Shown: positions 47,579 through 59,200 of the stretch, in pieces
Position numbering within the stretch: position 1 is the stretch's first letter
Layout of the letters: each line of letters starts with the position of its first letter
IMG/VR virus record: IMGVR_UViG_3300020576_006124
Span: 64,001-128,000 of that record
Source of the DNA: a virus
Taxonomy: Duplodnaviria; Caudoviricetes
Strand: one strand, 5' to 3'
Length of the DNA: 64,000 bases
Position numbers and translations under genes: made by a program
Notes under the pieces: model-generated
What the model was told of the DNA's origin: nothing
The model's database searches: none
Seen by the model: the letters and a program-made list of their open reading frames with translations, nothing else

Positions 47579-49002
47579 TAAATAAAGTAGCCGTCAAAAG
47601 TTACAACATGACCTAAAACGCCTGCTGTGGCCACTGTACCAATATATTTGCACACAGTCTGAACAAACTCTCCAGGGTAGACAGGAATTGGGTTTTGGAA
47701 AGTCTTAGCAACTGTAGAACATGTGGTAAGTGCAGGGGCGGTTGCAGCTAGTGTTTGAACCCCCAGTGGAACTCTGACAGGAGCTTTAGCGGTCGCTGAG
47801 GTTGTAGTTGCGAGCGATACTGCGTTATGCCCGAAGGCTAGAGACCATTGAATATTAAACCCACCACCCGTTAAAGTTGTTTGAACGTAGGTGTCTATAG
47901 ATACCCCTGTGATCATTAGCACCTTACCAGAGATAGCCGCTGTACCCGCAGGGTTCTGGTAGCTTGAGATAATACCATCAGTATTAAGGGCTAGGGTGGC
48001 TGTTGCCCAGAACTGTCCACCAAGACCAGAACCCAAAGCAGCAGTAGTATTAGTGGGGACTGCGGCTGTAGGGTTTGCAGAGTTGGCATAGTTTGCAGTA
48101 GATCCAAGAGTGTGCCCTGTTTGGCCCTGATAACTATGACGACCCATCAAACTTTGGGCGTGATGTATAGGGAAACTAGCCCCTGAGTTATCTCTCAAAC
48201 CTACATAGACGTTCCCAACTTTAGTCTGCTGAGAAACAGTAGGGGCTACAGCTGCGTTATATTCCCTAACAGTGAAGGGTTGACTTTCACTAAGGCAAAC
48301 AGCTGCCGTAGCTGACGGCACAGGGATCTTAGCTACAATTACACCATCTATAGAGAACCTAACAGCATCATCATCAATGACAGCTCGATAGGAGTGTCTT
48401 ACCCCCGCAGATGGTGCGGTTAAAGCCCCAGAAGTTATCTCAGTACTGTTGTTAACTATAACAGCTTTGAGAACCCCAGTAGCGTCATAGCGAAATAGAA
48501 TTCCGTCTGTAGGGGCAGTTGTTCCTGTTGCTTGGAACATTCCTATTTCAACAACGTTATTTGTTTGTGGTGCTTGAGTTAGGATTATGTCTGACTCAAA
48601 AAACAGAGCGGCATCTACTGGCTTAGAGAAGAAAGGATAGGTGGCTATTCTGGCTACGGCATTGGCGGTAGTTACGTTACCAGAGTTAAGAACACAGAAA
48701 CCGCCAGTTACAGCGGTAGCAAAGGTTGTTACAGGAGATGTAAAAATAGAAGTATTTAGGGCAGTACCATTAAAGGTCTCATATAGAAGAGGCGCATCCT
48801 GACTCGCGATAAGTCTTCCTTGAGGACTGACCCTAATAGCTTGAATTTCTCTCGTACCTGTAGAGGCTCCATCATCTAGTTGCCCACTGAGCACACTAAA
48901 GCCTGCTAAATCTTCATCTGTGGGTGTAACAACGCATAGGTTGTAATTACTATCAACATTGGCTTTACCAGCGTTGTTTGATCCAGAATCTATTACTGCC
49001 AT
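47578..49002 (-). CDS. Putative virion fibre/appendage protein with lectin-like domain
   Basis: T/A/G-rich; H.YR......VRFSIDGV.VA resembles a concanavalin-like segment. Confidence 0.55.
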   Translation of the reverse strand: MAVIDSGSNNAGKANVDSNYNLCVVTPTDEDLAGFSVLSGQLDDGASTGTREIQAIRVSPQGRLIASQDAPLLYETFNGTALNTSIFTSPVTTFATAVTGGFCVLNSGNVTTANAVARIATYPFFSKPVDAALFFESDIILTQAPQTNNVVEIGMFQATGTTAPTDGILFRYDATGVLKAVIVNNSTEITSGALTAPSAGVRHSYRAVIDDDAVRFSIDGVIVAKIPVPSATAAVCLSESQPFTVREYNAAVAPTVSQQTKVGNVYVGLRDNSGASFPIHHAQSLMGRHSYQGQTGHTLGSTANYANSANPTAAVPTNTTAALGSGLGGQFWATATLALNTDGIISSYQNPAGTAAISGKVLMITGVSIDTYVQTTLTGGGFNIQWSLAFGHNAVSLATTTSATAKAPVRVPLGVQTLAATAPALTTCSTVAKTFQNPIPVYPGEFVQTVCKYIGTVATAGVLGHVVTFDGYFI

Positions 49003-49007
49003 AATTT

Positions 49008-49343
49008 TTAACTTAGTGTTCCTATACTATAATATATACCCCTTTTCCCAACAATAGGTCCAGGAAAAGCTGTTGCGTTTAACCAAAAAGATCCGTCCTC
49101 TTCCACCCAGGCTGAGTATATGGGCATATCCCAAAGATCATCATCTTCTGCGTGTCTACCTGTAGCTGTTCTGCCTGTGGAAAAGACATTAATTATACTT
49201 GCAGAGGTTACTGCTGGGTCTGTGATAAGAAATAACTTGGAATAAACAGGAGTGGTGCCAAAGTCTATTTCAGTAGTGCTTATACTATTTCCTGCAGGAA
49301 CTGAAGCGTTGCTTCCCCCCGCTTTAATTATAGTTGTTCCCAT
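49008..49343 (-). CDS. Small putative structural protein
   Basis: 111 aa between two fibre-like genes. Confidence 0.5.
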   Translation of the reverse strand: MGTTIIKAGGSNASVPAGNSISTTEIDFGTTPVYSKLFLITDPAVTSASIINVFSTGRTATGRHAEDDDLWDMPIYSAWVEEDGSFWLNATAFPGPIVGKRGIYYSIGTLS

Positions 49344-51892
49344 TATTCAGAGGTCTCCGATACCATAGCAGATCCAGAAGTACTTGCCCAAACACCTGTC
49401 AAAACTCCTGTGTAATCCGTTACGATTAACGTGTCGTATTGAGACAATCTATAGGTGTAACTACTCCCTGTTACACCTGTCCCCTCCTTTATATATAGAG
49501 TATTGGTAGAGGAGCTAGCATCGTTAACAATAACAGCCTTAACTCTTAAACTATTTGAAGATAATAGTGTAGTGGAGGATGTTGCTGCGGCTATTTGTGT
49601 TACAGATGTTGAAGAGCCTCTAAACTGCTTAGCGGTAACACTTCCACTGGTTCCAATATCAACTTTGTTTGTAGTTCCGGGAGTAGATTGGTCTATAGAA
49701 ACTTTTCCTATAACATTTGATCCAGCAGGAAGAGTTGAGATACTAACTGGTTGAGTGGTAGCTGTCCCGTCTACTAAGAGTGGGGTCATCCCGGCAATGC
49801 CCTGAACTGTTATTACATCTGATGACGCTGAACCAGAAGTTCCTAGGCTAGGTTGCTTAGCGGAGGTTGATGCCCCTGTTGGAAGAGGGAGACTGGCCGC
49901 CGACATAGCAAAAGTTCCTGTTCCCGCATTAGCCGTAACCGTACCACTTATAGGCTGAGTAGTGGTTCCAGTCGGGTCAGTTCTAAAAGGATTAGAAGAG
50001 ACTCCGATCTGATTCCCAGAAGAATCGTATATAGCTACATCTAGTGCTTGGTGATTAGCCCCTGACGGTGTATGGGTGATGTCTTCGTTGGTGTTAGTTG
50101 AACCCTTCTGACCCCCTCTTAAAACTGATTTAGCAGAACCCCCTGTCAAAGTAGAATCTAGTGCTAGTCCATTTGTAGTTCCTATATTTGATGTAACGGT
50201 TCCACTTATAGGTTGGGTTACAGCACTTCCATCAACTTTAACTGCTCCTGCAGCTGATACAGTAGCAACATTGGTTCCACCAGAGTCAACTATCTTACTG
50301 ACTTGCTCACCGTTACTTAGCCTACTGTACACACTATTTACAACATCTACTAGTTTTCTTAGCCATCCTAAAATTCCAGATGCTGACGAGGACAACGCTG
50401 GTGGAGAATCCCCCGCAGCACCAACCGCAGTATTAATGTTAGAATCAGTGGCTGCCCCCGATGGTAAAGGGAGAGAGGAAATACTTACAGGCTGTGTAGA
50501 GGCAGAGCCATCAACCTTAAGAGCTCCGGTACCAGTTACTACCGCAACATTTGAGCCCGCTGAATCAACTAATTTTGTTTTTTGGCTGCCCCCAGTAAGG
50601 GTCGCATCTAGTGCAACTCCGTTGGTTGTGCCTATATTCGCAGTAACAGTTCCATCAGACCCTATACTTACTTTATTAGTAGTTCCGGGGGTGGTCTGAT
50701 CTATTCCTACCTTACCTAATAAATTAGTACCTGATGGTAAAGGAGAAGTTATCTTAACATCTTGAGTCTGCTCTACTATATTTGCGGAGGAAGGGGGTGT
50801 TCCTAGAATTGCCCCTGTTGTGAGATTTAACCAACTACTAACAACTACTGTTGGAGGAGAGGTTTTGGCATTTAGTGTTACTATTCTAGCAATTAAATCC
50901 CCTGAACTATACCCTGTTCCTCCCGATGTAGCATCAAAGAAACTATTTATAACTTGGAGGTCTTGGGATGTACTGGCAGGCCTTAGCCCCGCACCAGGAG
51001 TGGCTGTAGTTCCAGATGGATCTGTAAACGCCACAGATATACTTCCTGTCCCCTGATCTACAACATCTCTTCTTAGATAGAAACTGCCGCTGTCATCAGT
51101 CCAAAGCGTAGCTGCTAAATCAAGCTGGGCTTGAATAGCTGTCTTTACCGCCAGCAGGGTTGTCTCTGTGGCGGCCCCAGTGGGAAGTGGCAGAGAGGAG
51201 GCTGAGATAGGCTGAGTGACGGAACTTCCATCTACCCTTAATTCTCCCCCAGTGGTAAGAGATAAGGGATTAGTAGTACCGTTAGTATAAGTTGGGGCTG
51301 AAGTTGTTGTTGCCGCCTGGGCCAACCCCCCAGTTTGCCCTGAAGTAGAAGACCCCTGTGCAACAGCCCCACTAGACGCCCCGGATTTTATATTAACATC
51401 AATAGCGTTGGATGTAGACGTAATAGAGTTGCCTGTGCCATCCTTTAGATTGACGTCTACGGTACCACTTACAGGCTGGGCTGTAGCCCCAGTAGGATTT
51501 ACTCTAATTGGGTTTGAGCTAGTGCCTAGATGATTACCAGAGGCATCGTAAATAGCTACGTCTAATGCCTCGTGGTTGGATCCAGAGGCTGTATGTGTGA
51601 TGTCTGCATTAGTATTGGTGGTCCCTTTTTGTCCACCCCTAACAACAGTTTTTGCTGTACCCCCTGTTAAGGTTGAATCTTGTGCCACTCCAGAAATAGT
51701 CGTGGAAACAGATCCTGAGACGGTAACGGTACCACTAATTCCTACTGTTCCGTCAACAGTTACTGACCCCCCTCCATCAGAGATTGGAACTGCAGTTCCT
51801 CCGGAGACTCCCTGAACTGTAACTACGCCGGTGTCCGGTGTTCCAGCAGTGCCCAGGCCCTTAATATCAATTTGTTCAAAAGAGGATGGCAT
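49343..51892 (-). CDS. Repetitive G/S/T-rich fibre-like protein
   Basis: Recurring TQP(V/I)S, LPLP(T/S)GAAT, VDGS and IDQ.TPGTTNKV modules. Confidence 0.65.
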   Translation of the reverse strand: MPSSFEQIDIKGLGTAGTPDTGVVTVQGVSGGTAVPISDGGGSVTVDGTVGISGTVTVSGSVSTTISGVAQDSTLTGGTAKTVVRGGQKGTTNTNADITHTASGSNHEALDVAIYDASGNHLGTSSNPIRVNPTGATAQPVSGTVDVNLKDGTGNSITSTSNAIDVNIKSGASSGAVAQGSSTSGQTGGLAQAATTTSAPTYTNGTTNPLSLTTGGELRVDGSSVTQPISASSLPLPTGAATETTLLAVKTAIQAQLDLAATLWTDDSGSFYLRRDVVDQGTGSISVAFTDPSGTTATPGAGLRPASTSQDLQVINSFFDATSGGTGYSSGDLIARIVTLNAKTSPPTVVVSSWLNLTTGAILGTPPSSANIVEQTQDVKITSPLPSGTNLLGKVGIDQTTPGTTNKVSIGSDGTVTANIGTTNGVALDATLTGGSQKTKLVDSAGSNVAVVTGTGALKVDGSASTQPVSISSLPLPSGAATDSNINTAVGAAGDSPPALSSSASGILGWLRKLVDVVNSVYSRLSNGEQVSKIVDSGGTNVATVSAAGAVKVDGSAVTQPISGTVTSNIGTTNGLALDSTLTGGSAKSVLRGGQKGSTNTNEDITHTPSGANHQALDVAIYDSSGNQIGVSSNPFRTDPTGTTTQPISGTVTANAGTGTFAMSAASLPLPTGASTSAKQPSLGTSGSASSDVITVQGIAGMTPLLVDGTATTQPVSISTLPAGSNVIGKVSIDQSTPGTTNKVDIGTSGSVTAKQFRGSSTSVTQIAAATSSTTLLSSNSLRVKAVIVNDASSSTNTLYIKEGTGVTGSSYTYRLSQYDTLIVTDYTGVLTGVWASTSGSAMVSETSE
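49937..51688 (-). repeat. Diverged ~77-codon internal duplication (about 51458-51688 and 49937-50167)
   Basis: VAQDSTLTGGTAKTVVRGGQKGTTNTNADITHTASGSNHEALDVAIYDASG... versus LALDSTLTGGSAKSVLRGGQKGSTNTNEDITHTPSGANHQALDVAIYDSSG... Confidence 0.85.
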
Positions 51893-51896
51893 AAGA

Positions 51897-52580
51897 TTAT
51901 ATTAGTTCCCAATAAGTTTTATCGTAGGAGGGAGCAAGATCCATGGAAGACTTGTATTTCATTTCCCAAGAGTTAACCCCCGATATTAATTGACCAGAAG
52001 CTCCTTGAATAGTAACTTTATTCCCGTTATAAGTGTTTACTTTTTTTATAGTGTACCTTTTAGAGGTGCAAGTAGTAACATCTTGCAGTGTTATAGTTAC
52101 TGGTGCTGAGGTGGAATCTACCTGCAACACATCATCCGAATTCAACATAGACCCAGAAGATGTTATCATCCGAACACTAATAGAGGGGTGATAGCTATTG
52201 CTATCCAGAATCATTTGAAGAAGTTGATTTAACAAATCTGAGTCTACGTCTCCTACACCGCTACCAGAGTTAAGAACTGTCCAACCGTTAATGCCCCCAA
52301 ATAAAATAGCAGAACCTAGTGGGCTAGTAATCTCAAAAGAAGTATTTCCATTGATCTTTTCTGCTCCATGGGGGGTTAAAATAATTTTTTTGGTTGAACT
52401 ACATTCCCCACTAATATCTTGAACTGCAAGACCAAGGGTGGGAACAGATGGAGCAGGGGGAAGCTTAACAGTTATTGAAGAGGATAGAGCAGTTACCACT
52501 AAACTTTTGTCTACCGCTTTAACAGAATAATTACTAGATATTCTTTTTACATTCTTTGGTAGAGAAGAAGTTAGGCTCAA
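51897..52580 (-). CDS. Two-domain fibre-tip-like protein
   Basis: Two similar ~100-aa domains (D..L.V......IT..L ... I.G ... S..L ... W). Confidence 0.55.
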   Translation of the reverse strand: MSLTSSLPKNVKRISSNYSVKAVDKSLVVTALSSSITVKLPPAPSVPTLGLAVQDISGECSSTKKIILTPHGAEKINGNTSFEITSPLGSAILFGGINGWTVLNSGSGVGDVDSDLLNQLLQMILDSNSYHPSISVRMITSSGSMLNSDDVLQVDSTSAPVTITLQDVTTCTSKRYTIKKVNTYNGNKVTIQGASGQLISGVNSWEMKYKSSMDLAPSYDKTYWELI

Positions 52581-52583
52581 TTT

Positions 52584-53201
52584 TTATACTCCTGCTCGCT
52601 TCTGGAGGGCATCCATTCTATTCAACCACCCTTTAAGAAACTTGCCTTGTGAGGAACTCTGTTTAACTAGTGAGTAATAGTAATTTCTTCTTACCTCTAT
52701 TAGGGTTCTTGCAATGTTTGCCGTCGAGTTACTATATTGTGGAGATTGTTCCAAGGCTTTTTTGTAAAGCTGCCTTGCCTTACCATGCTGTACTGCTGTA
52801 TCAAAAAGTACTAGGTTTAATGGCTCAGGGGTGGAACCACAATCAAAAGCATCCCAATATTGCTCTTTGTAGATCTGGGAGGCCTCCTGTTTAGTAATAT
52901 CCCTAATATCTTTGTGGGGTAATCCCTTTCTCTTTAGCCACTTGTAATATTCTTCATGAGTTATTCCAAAATTAGTGGCCCCACCCCTATCCGCAGCATC
53001 GTTAGAAAAACCACCCTCCATTTCAAAAACGAAGTCAAGGCAAGCTTCAAAAGAAAAATCTTTATTCTTTCCTAATGTGTTATTGCCTGACGACATATTG
53101 ACCCTTCCTGGCAGACCTGTAGATGGGACTCCCGCTGAACTGGATTTATTAAGGATTCCAACCGAGTATAGTTGGCCATCTTTTTTGTTTAAAAAATCCA
53201 A
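52584..53201 (-). CDS. Glycoside hydrolase family 108 lysozyme
   Basis: EGGFSND..DRGGATNFGIT, IYK..YW, FDTAV.HG, FLKGWLNR. Confidence 0.93.
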   Translation of the reverse strand: MDFLNKKDGQLYSVGILNKSSSAGVPSTGLPGRVNMSSGNNTLGKNKDFSFEACLDFVFEMEGGFSNDAADRGGATNFGITHEEYYKWLKRKGLPHKDIRDITKQEASQIYKEQYWDAFDCGSTPEPLNLVLFDTAVQHGKARQLYKKALEQSPQYSNSTANIARTLIEVRRNYYYSLVKQSSSQGKFLKGWLNRMDALQKRAGV

Positions 53202-56200
53202 TTAATCTCCCAAACTTGAATCAGAACCTGGTTGAACTTTCCTTTCCAAAGCAAAGAATCTTTCTTCTTCATTCTTTAAAAAGTCTCTCATCTTTTGGTT
53301 AGCAGGATTATCGTCTGAGGGGTATTCTAGGCCGGTTAGAACACTTAGCGCTGTTCCTGCCAAAGTCTTATTAAACCACTCATCTAAAATAGAGTTTACT
53401 AACCCCGGCTTTTCTCCTAAAACGGAACCTTGATGCCCTTTAATTCCTGCCACATAAGGAACACCCTTATATTTTCTCAGGGGAATTATCTTAACACACT
53501 GCATTCCGGAGAAGGCTGCATTAATGCCATCAAAAACAGAGTTTCCTATTATTTGTATAGTGACATTTAGGGCTAAGGTTATAGGGGTAGATGATAGTGC
53601 CATTTTTGTCATCTTTATAGTCTTCAAAGTGTTCTTAAACTCAGAAGCCCCTGAAATGATAGACTTTATTCTGACAGAATCTTTGACAATATTATAAGCA
53701 GATTTAGAGTCTTTGACTACTTGTTTTCCTATTTCTGTAACGGCCAACCTTGTCCTTAGGGTCCAAGGGGTTAGTTTCAAGGTCCCTTTAACATCCTTGA
53801 TTTTCGACGCTGAGCTAATAGAGGTGTAAATTTTCTCTATAGTCTCAGGGGTTAGCTTTCCTTTATTGAACTCTTTAATAAGCTCTTTATTTTCTCCCAG
53901 GATTCTAGTCCAAAACTCAATTGTTTCTTTGGAGAAATTCTTCTTACTTAAAGACCTAAGAGTTCTAGAATCAACCCTGTTAAGGATATTTCTATGCATC
54001 TCATCTAAGATCTGAGAATACAGCTCATGTTCTCTTAAGATAAATTCAGATTCCGTTAGTCCTTTTGATTTAATTAAGAAATCAAATTCATCTACTATAT
54101 CTTTCACTGCTGGGTTAGACATGTTTTTTCTAACCTCTTTCATTAGCCTGGAATAAGTTTCTGGGTCGGACTCTTTCAGAATAAGGAAATCTTTGGCCGA
54201 TATCTCATCAGCACCTGAGGCTAACCTTAGAATATTAGAAATTTTAGACTTTAAAATAGCGTAGGGGAGAAGTCCCGCTAACTGATTTCCAATTATTGAT
54301 GTGAGTCCTGTATATGCATGTAAGATTAATTCTTGTCCAATTACAGAAGATTTTGGAAGAACCACTAAATCAGGTGAAATATAGGTTATAAAACCGGATT
54401 CTGGATCTAAGCTATGAATAACTTCTTTAACGTGTAAGGGGCCTTGAAGTCTAGTTTCGGCATCGTTGTAGAGAATAAAATCTCTAGGTTTCAGTGACGA
54501 ATAGCCATCAATTATAAGCCAGCCGTCGTACATGTTCTTTACTGTGTCACACAGACTTTGTATAACAGAGTTTTGCACAGCAGGAGTTGTTGGCTTCTGG
54601 GCTATATCTCCGACTGGCCCTGGAAGCCAGCTAAGAACTTTATCAGTAAATCCTTTTAAAGGGGCTTGTAATGAGGTAGTTACTAGACCTACTTCTACCA
54701 TCATTGTTCTTCTGTCTGAGGGTTCAATGTTGTTGTCCACAGACCAGACGTTGGTTTTGGTAACAGATTCCGAACTGAACCACCCATTATGGGTTTGAAT
54801 CCCTATAGCGTCAGTCGCAATATTCCTTCCTTCAAGTTTTACTCTTCCTTGAAAAAGGTTCACACCAGACATAGCAATATGAAATTGGCTATATGGTTTG
54901 GATTTCAGAAAAGAAACATACTCCTCATCAGAAAGATCATGTATAGCAATATTTTCTACCCTAGATATTGGTAGTACACCTGCCTCTTGTTTAGATGCTT
55001 GCACTCCGGTACTCTCAGACATTCCATAACCTGTGGGGACGAAAATACTAGGGTCCACTTTTATATTTGAGTTACCCGGATAAGGCACTTTTACCGGTTT
55101 GTTTACTATACTCCAATCAATTTTTCCCACACCCTTATTCTTTATTTTCTCAGGTACTTGAGGGGCTAAAGGTTTAACAGAGAGTGTTTCCGAAAATCTA
55201 GAAAGAACTCTATCATCATACTCATAATGATAAGGCCACCACCACTTTCCAAAGAAAAGACTAGATCTAAATCCAAAAGTTTCTGGGGCAGCTACAAAAT
55301 CTAAACAAGCTCTACGACATGTTTCTATAATTTTCCAAGTAGTGGGTTCTTTTACTGAAATTGAGAAGTAGTTTACATCATCCCAGTTATAAAGAGCATT
55401 CCTAGTCATAAAGTTAGTAACAGGGCTGATGACCTGTTCTAATTTTGTGTTAGAAGAGTTATAGATATTTATCTGGAAATCTACAGTACTTGTTCTTGGG
55501 TTAGCCCCGGAGCCTGTATAAACTACATCTCCAAAATGCTGAGTGCTGGCCTTACTCCAATCCCTAAAGAATCCATGAGTAATGGCCCCAAGAAGGTTAG
55601 GCCCAACCAAGGCTTCTGTTATGATATTAGCAGGGGATTTACCCATACCCCAGTAACCCCCATCGGTATAAGTATAAGAGTTTGAAGAGGATACTGATGC
55701 CTCTGCCGGTTGCTTCTCTAGTTCGGCCCCATCACCTTGAGCTACTATTTGGAAATAATTTCCATCTGTGCTCTCAGCAGAAATAACTTGGCCTGTAAAG
55801 GTTACGGGGAGAGACGCTGCATTTGAGCCGTAGCCCATTCTGATTTGGATTCTACTTCCAGGACCTAGGAGTAGTCTCTTCTTCATCTGTTCCGCCCACA
55901 GGTTAGCTATATCCTCTGGAACATTTTTTAGTAAAAATCCATCTACTAGTGTTTTTAAGGTAGAGGCTGCCTCATCCTTTGCAAGTCCGGGGTTAAAAAC
56001 TATATTTTGTAGAAGTTCTCTTCTTTCAATAATATTCTCATGAAGAATATTTTCTAGATAAGAAGTGCTGATAGACCTTCTAAATATGTCTGAGAAAGTG
56101 ATAGTGGCTTCCCATGTAGGGGTTAGCCTAGATTTAAAAACCTCCACCTTAGCAGCATTTCCTCGGGTATAAAATTGGTCCCAAAGCTTCTTGTTGCCAT

Positions 56201-59200
56201 TCATCCAGTAGCTCCCCTCATTGATAACTAAAATGCTATACGAGGGAAAAGCTCTTACAAGTCTGTTAAACTTTCCGTACTTTCTTAAGTCTTGAATACA
56301 GCCGTAGATAGAGTCCTCTGTAGTTGGGCTCATGGCAGATCTTATCTTTCCTAAAGTGGACGCAAGAGTGTCGATTCCGGTTTGAATCTCCCCATTAACC
56401 ATAAGATCGTTTACGTCAACATCCCCAATAACAGTGGAACTAGTCTGAATAGACTCAGGATTCCTAGTTTCTTCTACATTTATTTTTTGACCATTAGGGG
56501 TGTGATCTGTTTTTATAAAAGTTTGTTCTTTGGTACCTGAAGCACTCAAGTAAATCAAGGGGTTGAAGGGGGTAAAGAAAGGATCTTGAACCCCCGCGTG
56601 ATGCATGTGCGCCCCGTTTAGTTTAGTAAATTTCAAATACTGTTGGTAGTAAAGGGTTATTACATCTCCCAAGCCATATTTATTTAATAATTGTCTTACA
56701 ATAAGTACAACTTCTGAGTAGGACTTACTGGCATAAGCTTTATTAATATTTTCCTGAGCTTCTAAAAACTTATCCAGAGTTTCCTTGTTAGCCATGGAAA
56801 CTTTATCTACCTCTCTGTATCGAGCCCAACTTTTTGTGAGAGAAATATGGGTCAGACCTAGGGCTAAAGATGGGCAAAGTTTGTAATAATCCTTATAAGA
56901 AGAAAAGTAACTTTGAAAGAGAGACCCAAATCCTAATTTGTCCTCAGCCCCCTCTGGTAAGTCAAAATCATGGTTTTCTCTTAACCCTCTAATAGAAAGG
57001 AAGCCGCAAGCTAGGTTGAAATCTATGTTAGAGCGATGCCAGTACGCCGGATCATCTAAAAGGAACTTATCCCCGAACCAGAAAAGACCATTATTAATAG
57101 ATTCATCTTTGTTTTTGGTTTGGATTTCCCCCAAAACACTTGTACACCCCAAGAATGAAGTTCCACCCAATCTAAACGTGTCATTCAAAAATAAATCAAA
57201 CTTTTGAATAATGTCGTCTTCAGATCCGTTTGACAATATTTTTTTATTGGATTCTGAATCGTTCTGGGTGACATCCTCTATGAATCTTATTACTAGCCTA
57301 TAAGGCACAGGGTTGGAAAATTTCCAATTCAACAGATATTGATTTTTAGCAGCAGCTATGGCGACGTTAAAGAGAGAAACATTGCACCCGAAGGCCTTGT
57401 TAATTTCTGACCTAAGTTTTTTAAGCCCTTCAAGGTCTCTAGTATTGGAGCTAAGATTTTCCGCCCCAGAATAAAGAGGTCCACAGAAATTTCCGTTAGA
57501 TTGAACTTCTGGTGTGGGATCTAACGTACCAGATGCCCAAGCGGATAGAGTCATTGCTCTTCTCCAATCTAAGCTGTAGAAGAAGGATTCATCATCTTTA
57601 CTTAATTCTTTAATTGCCTGTGCTGAAATAATATCAACGCTAAAAGGTTTATTCAGAATATCCTCTGATGCTTTTAGATTAAAGTATTCTTTGTCTCCTG
57701 ACGAGAAGCCTGGGGAAAGACTCCACCACCTTTCGGGATGGGAATCTAGCTCTTTAAGGGCTGTTTTGTAATTCTGGGAGACTATCTCAGCTTTTCCTTT
57801 AGGGAAGGCCCCTACTCCTGGTTCCTCCATCCTAGTCCAGTAATCCCCTATAATTTTACCATTAACACTTGAAGCCTCAGGCCCTAATATGTGGTAAGTT
57901 TCGGCACTTTCGTCAAAGAAAACCGTAGTGTAATCATCCTTATCAGCATCATCTGGAAGTTTTGCCCGCTTGTCCTCAGTAGGCAATCCAAAAGAAAGGG
58001 TAGATGCTTTAGTAAGAATTGATTCCCAAGTTTGTTGTGAATTGTAGAATATAAAGAAATCCGGGTCTGCAAAGGTTAGATCATTCTCCCCTAATCCTTT
58101 TAAGTTGACCTCAGACAGAGTTTTTATACCTTTTCTACTAGACTCACAATTGAAGAACTCCTTACAATATTCTTGAACATCGTAATCAATTCTAGGTACT
58201 AGGGGTTTATTTTCAAGGATTCTTCGAAGGGAATCTACCCAACCATAAACTTCTGATTTATAGGGTAGTTTCATATCCTGGTAAAGATTTTCTTTTGAAA
58301 GATTTGCCTGAACATTAAACCACTCTGCTGCCTTGTAAAGCAATGGGTCATCCTCTCCACCATTATTTGAATGGTAGTCAAAAGTTTTCTTCATGTTTTG
58401 CCAAGTGGTCTCTAGGGGCTTTAAAGCCTCTTGACTAGAATTTAGTGGTTGGTATTCGAGGAACTCTAGAGTAAACTCAAATAAATCAGGATGCCCCTCT
58501 ACTGAGGTCTTTGTTAAACCCATGGGGATAACAAAGTTAACTCCATACATGTTTATTAACCCATTCTTGACTCGGTAGCAGTAATCAGGGTAAGAGTTCT
58601 TTTTTATATCTTTCTCTCGTAGTTGATTATAGAACTCTTTTTGAATCTCTTCTAACGTTCTTGTGGCATCTACCCCTATACATTTTCCTTTAACTATGAT
58701 GGAAGTTGAGGAGGACCCCAAAAATTGGTGGATTGGTAGGTCTAAAGTGGAGGCGTAGTTCGTCGGGGCGTTATGGGATTTCACACAGACTATCTGATCA
58801 ATGATAATATCTTTATTTTTGCCTCCAACTGTTTTTACACTAATAACAGGCTCAGCAGGTTCCCATCTACTTTCTTTTTTCTCTTCTTCTTTAGGTTCTT
58901 TGTGGTCTTCTTGTAGATCCTTATTCTTTTTTAACTCTTCTTGATATTTCTTCTCCGGGACTATATTTCCTCTATGATCCCTGTGTACTACCTTATCTTC
59001 CTTATAAAGCAGGGCTCGATCCTTATTAGAAGTGTTTATCCTATCAGATTCTAAGTGAATAGAAATCTTAGCTCTGAGAGTAGTTAGGGCTTTTTGATCC
59101 TCTAAAGAAATAACTACTGCATACTTTTCCCAAGGAAAATCCGAAGTTGTAGGTACGGCTGCGGCAGAATACACATCTAGAAACCCTAGGCTCTTTGTGT

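Noticed and set aside
49343-51892. DGR template/variable repeat pair or CRISPR-like array in the repetitive fibre gene
   Set aside because: The repeats are in-frame protein modules with differences not confined to adenines. No reverse transcriptase, identical spaced repeats or cas genes are in the window.
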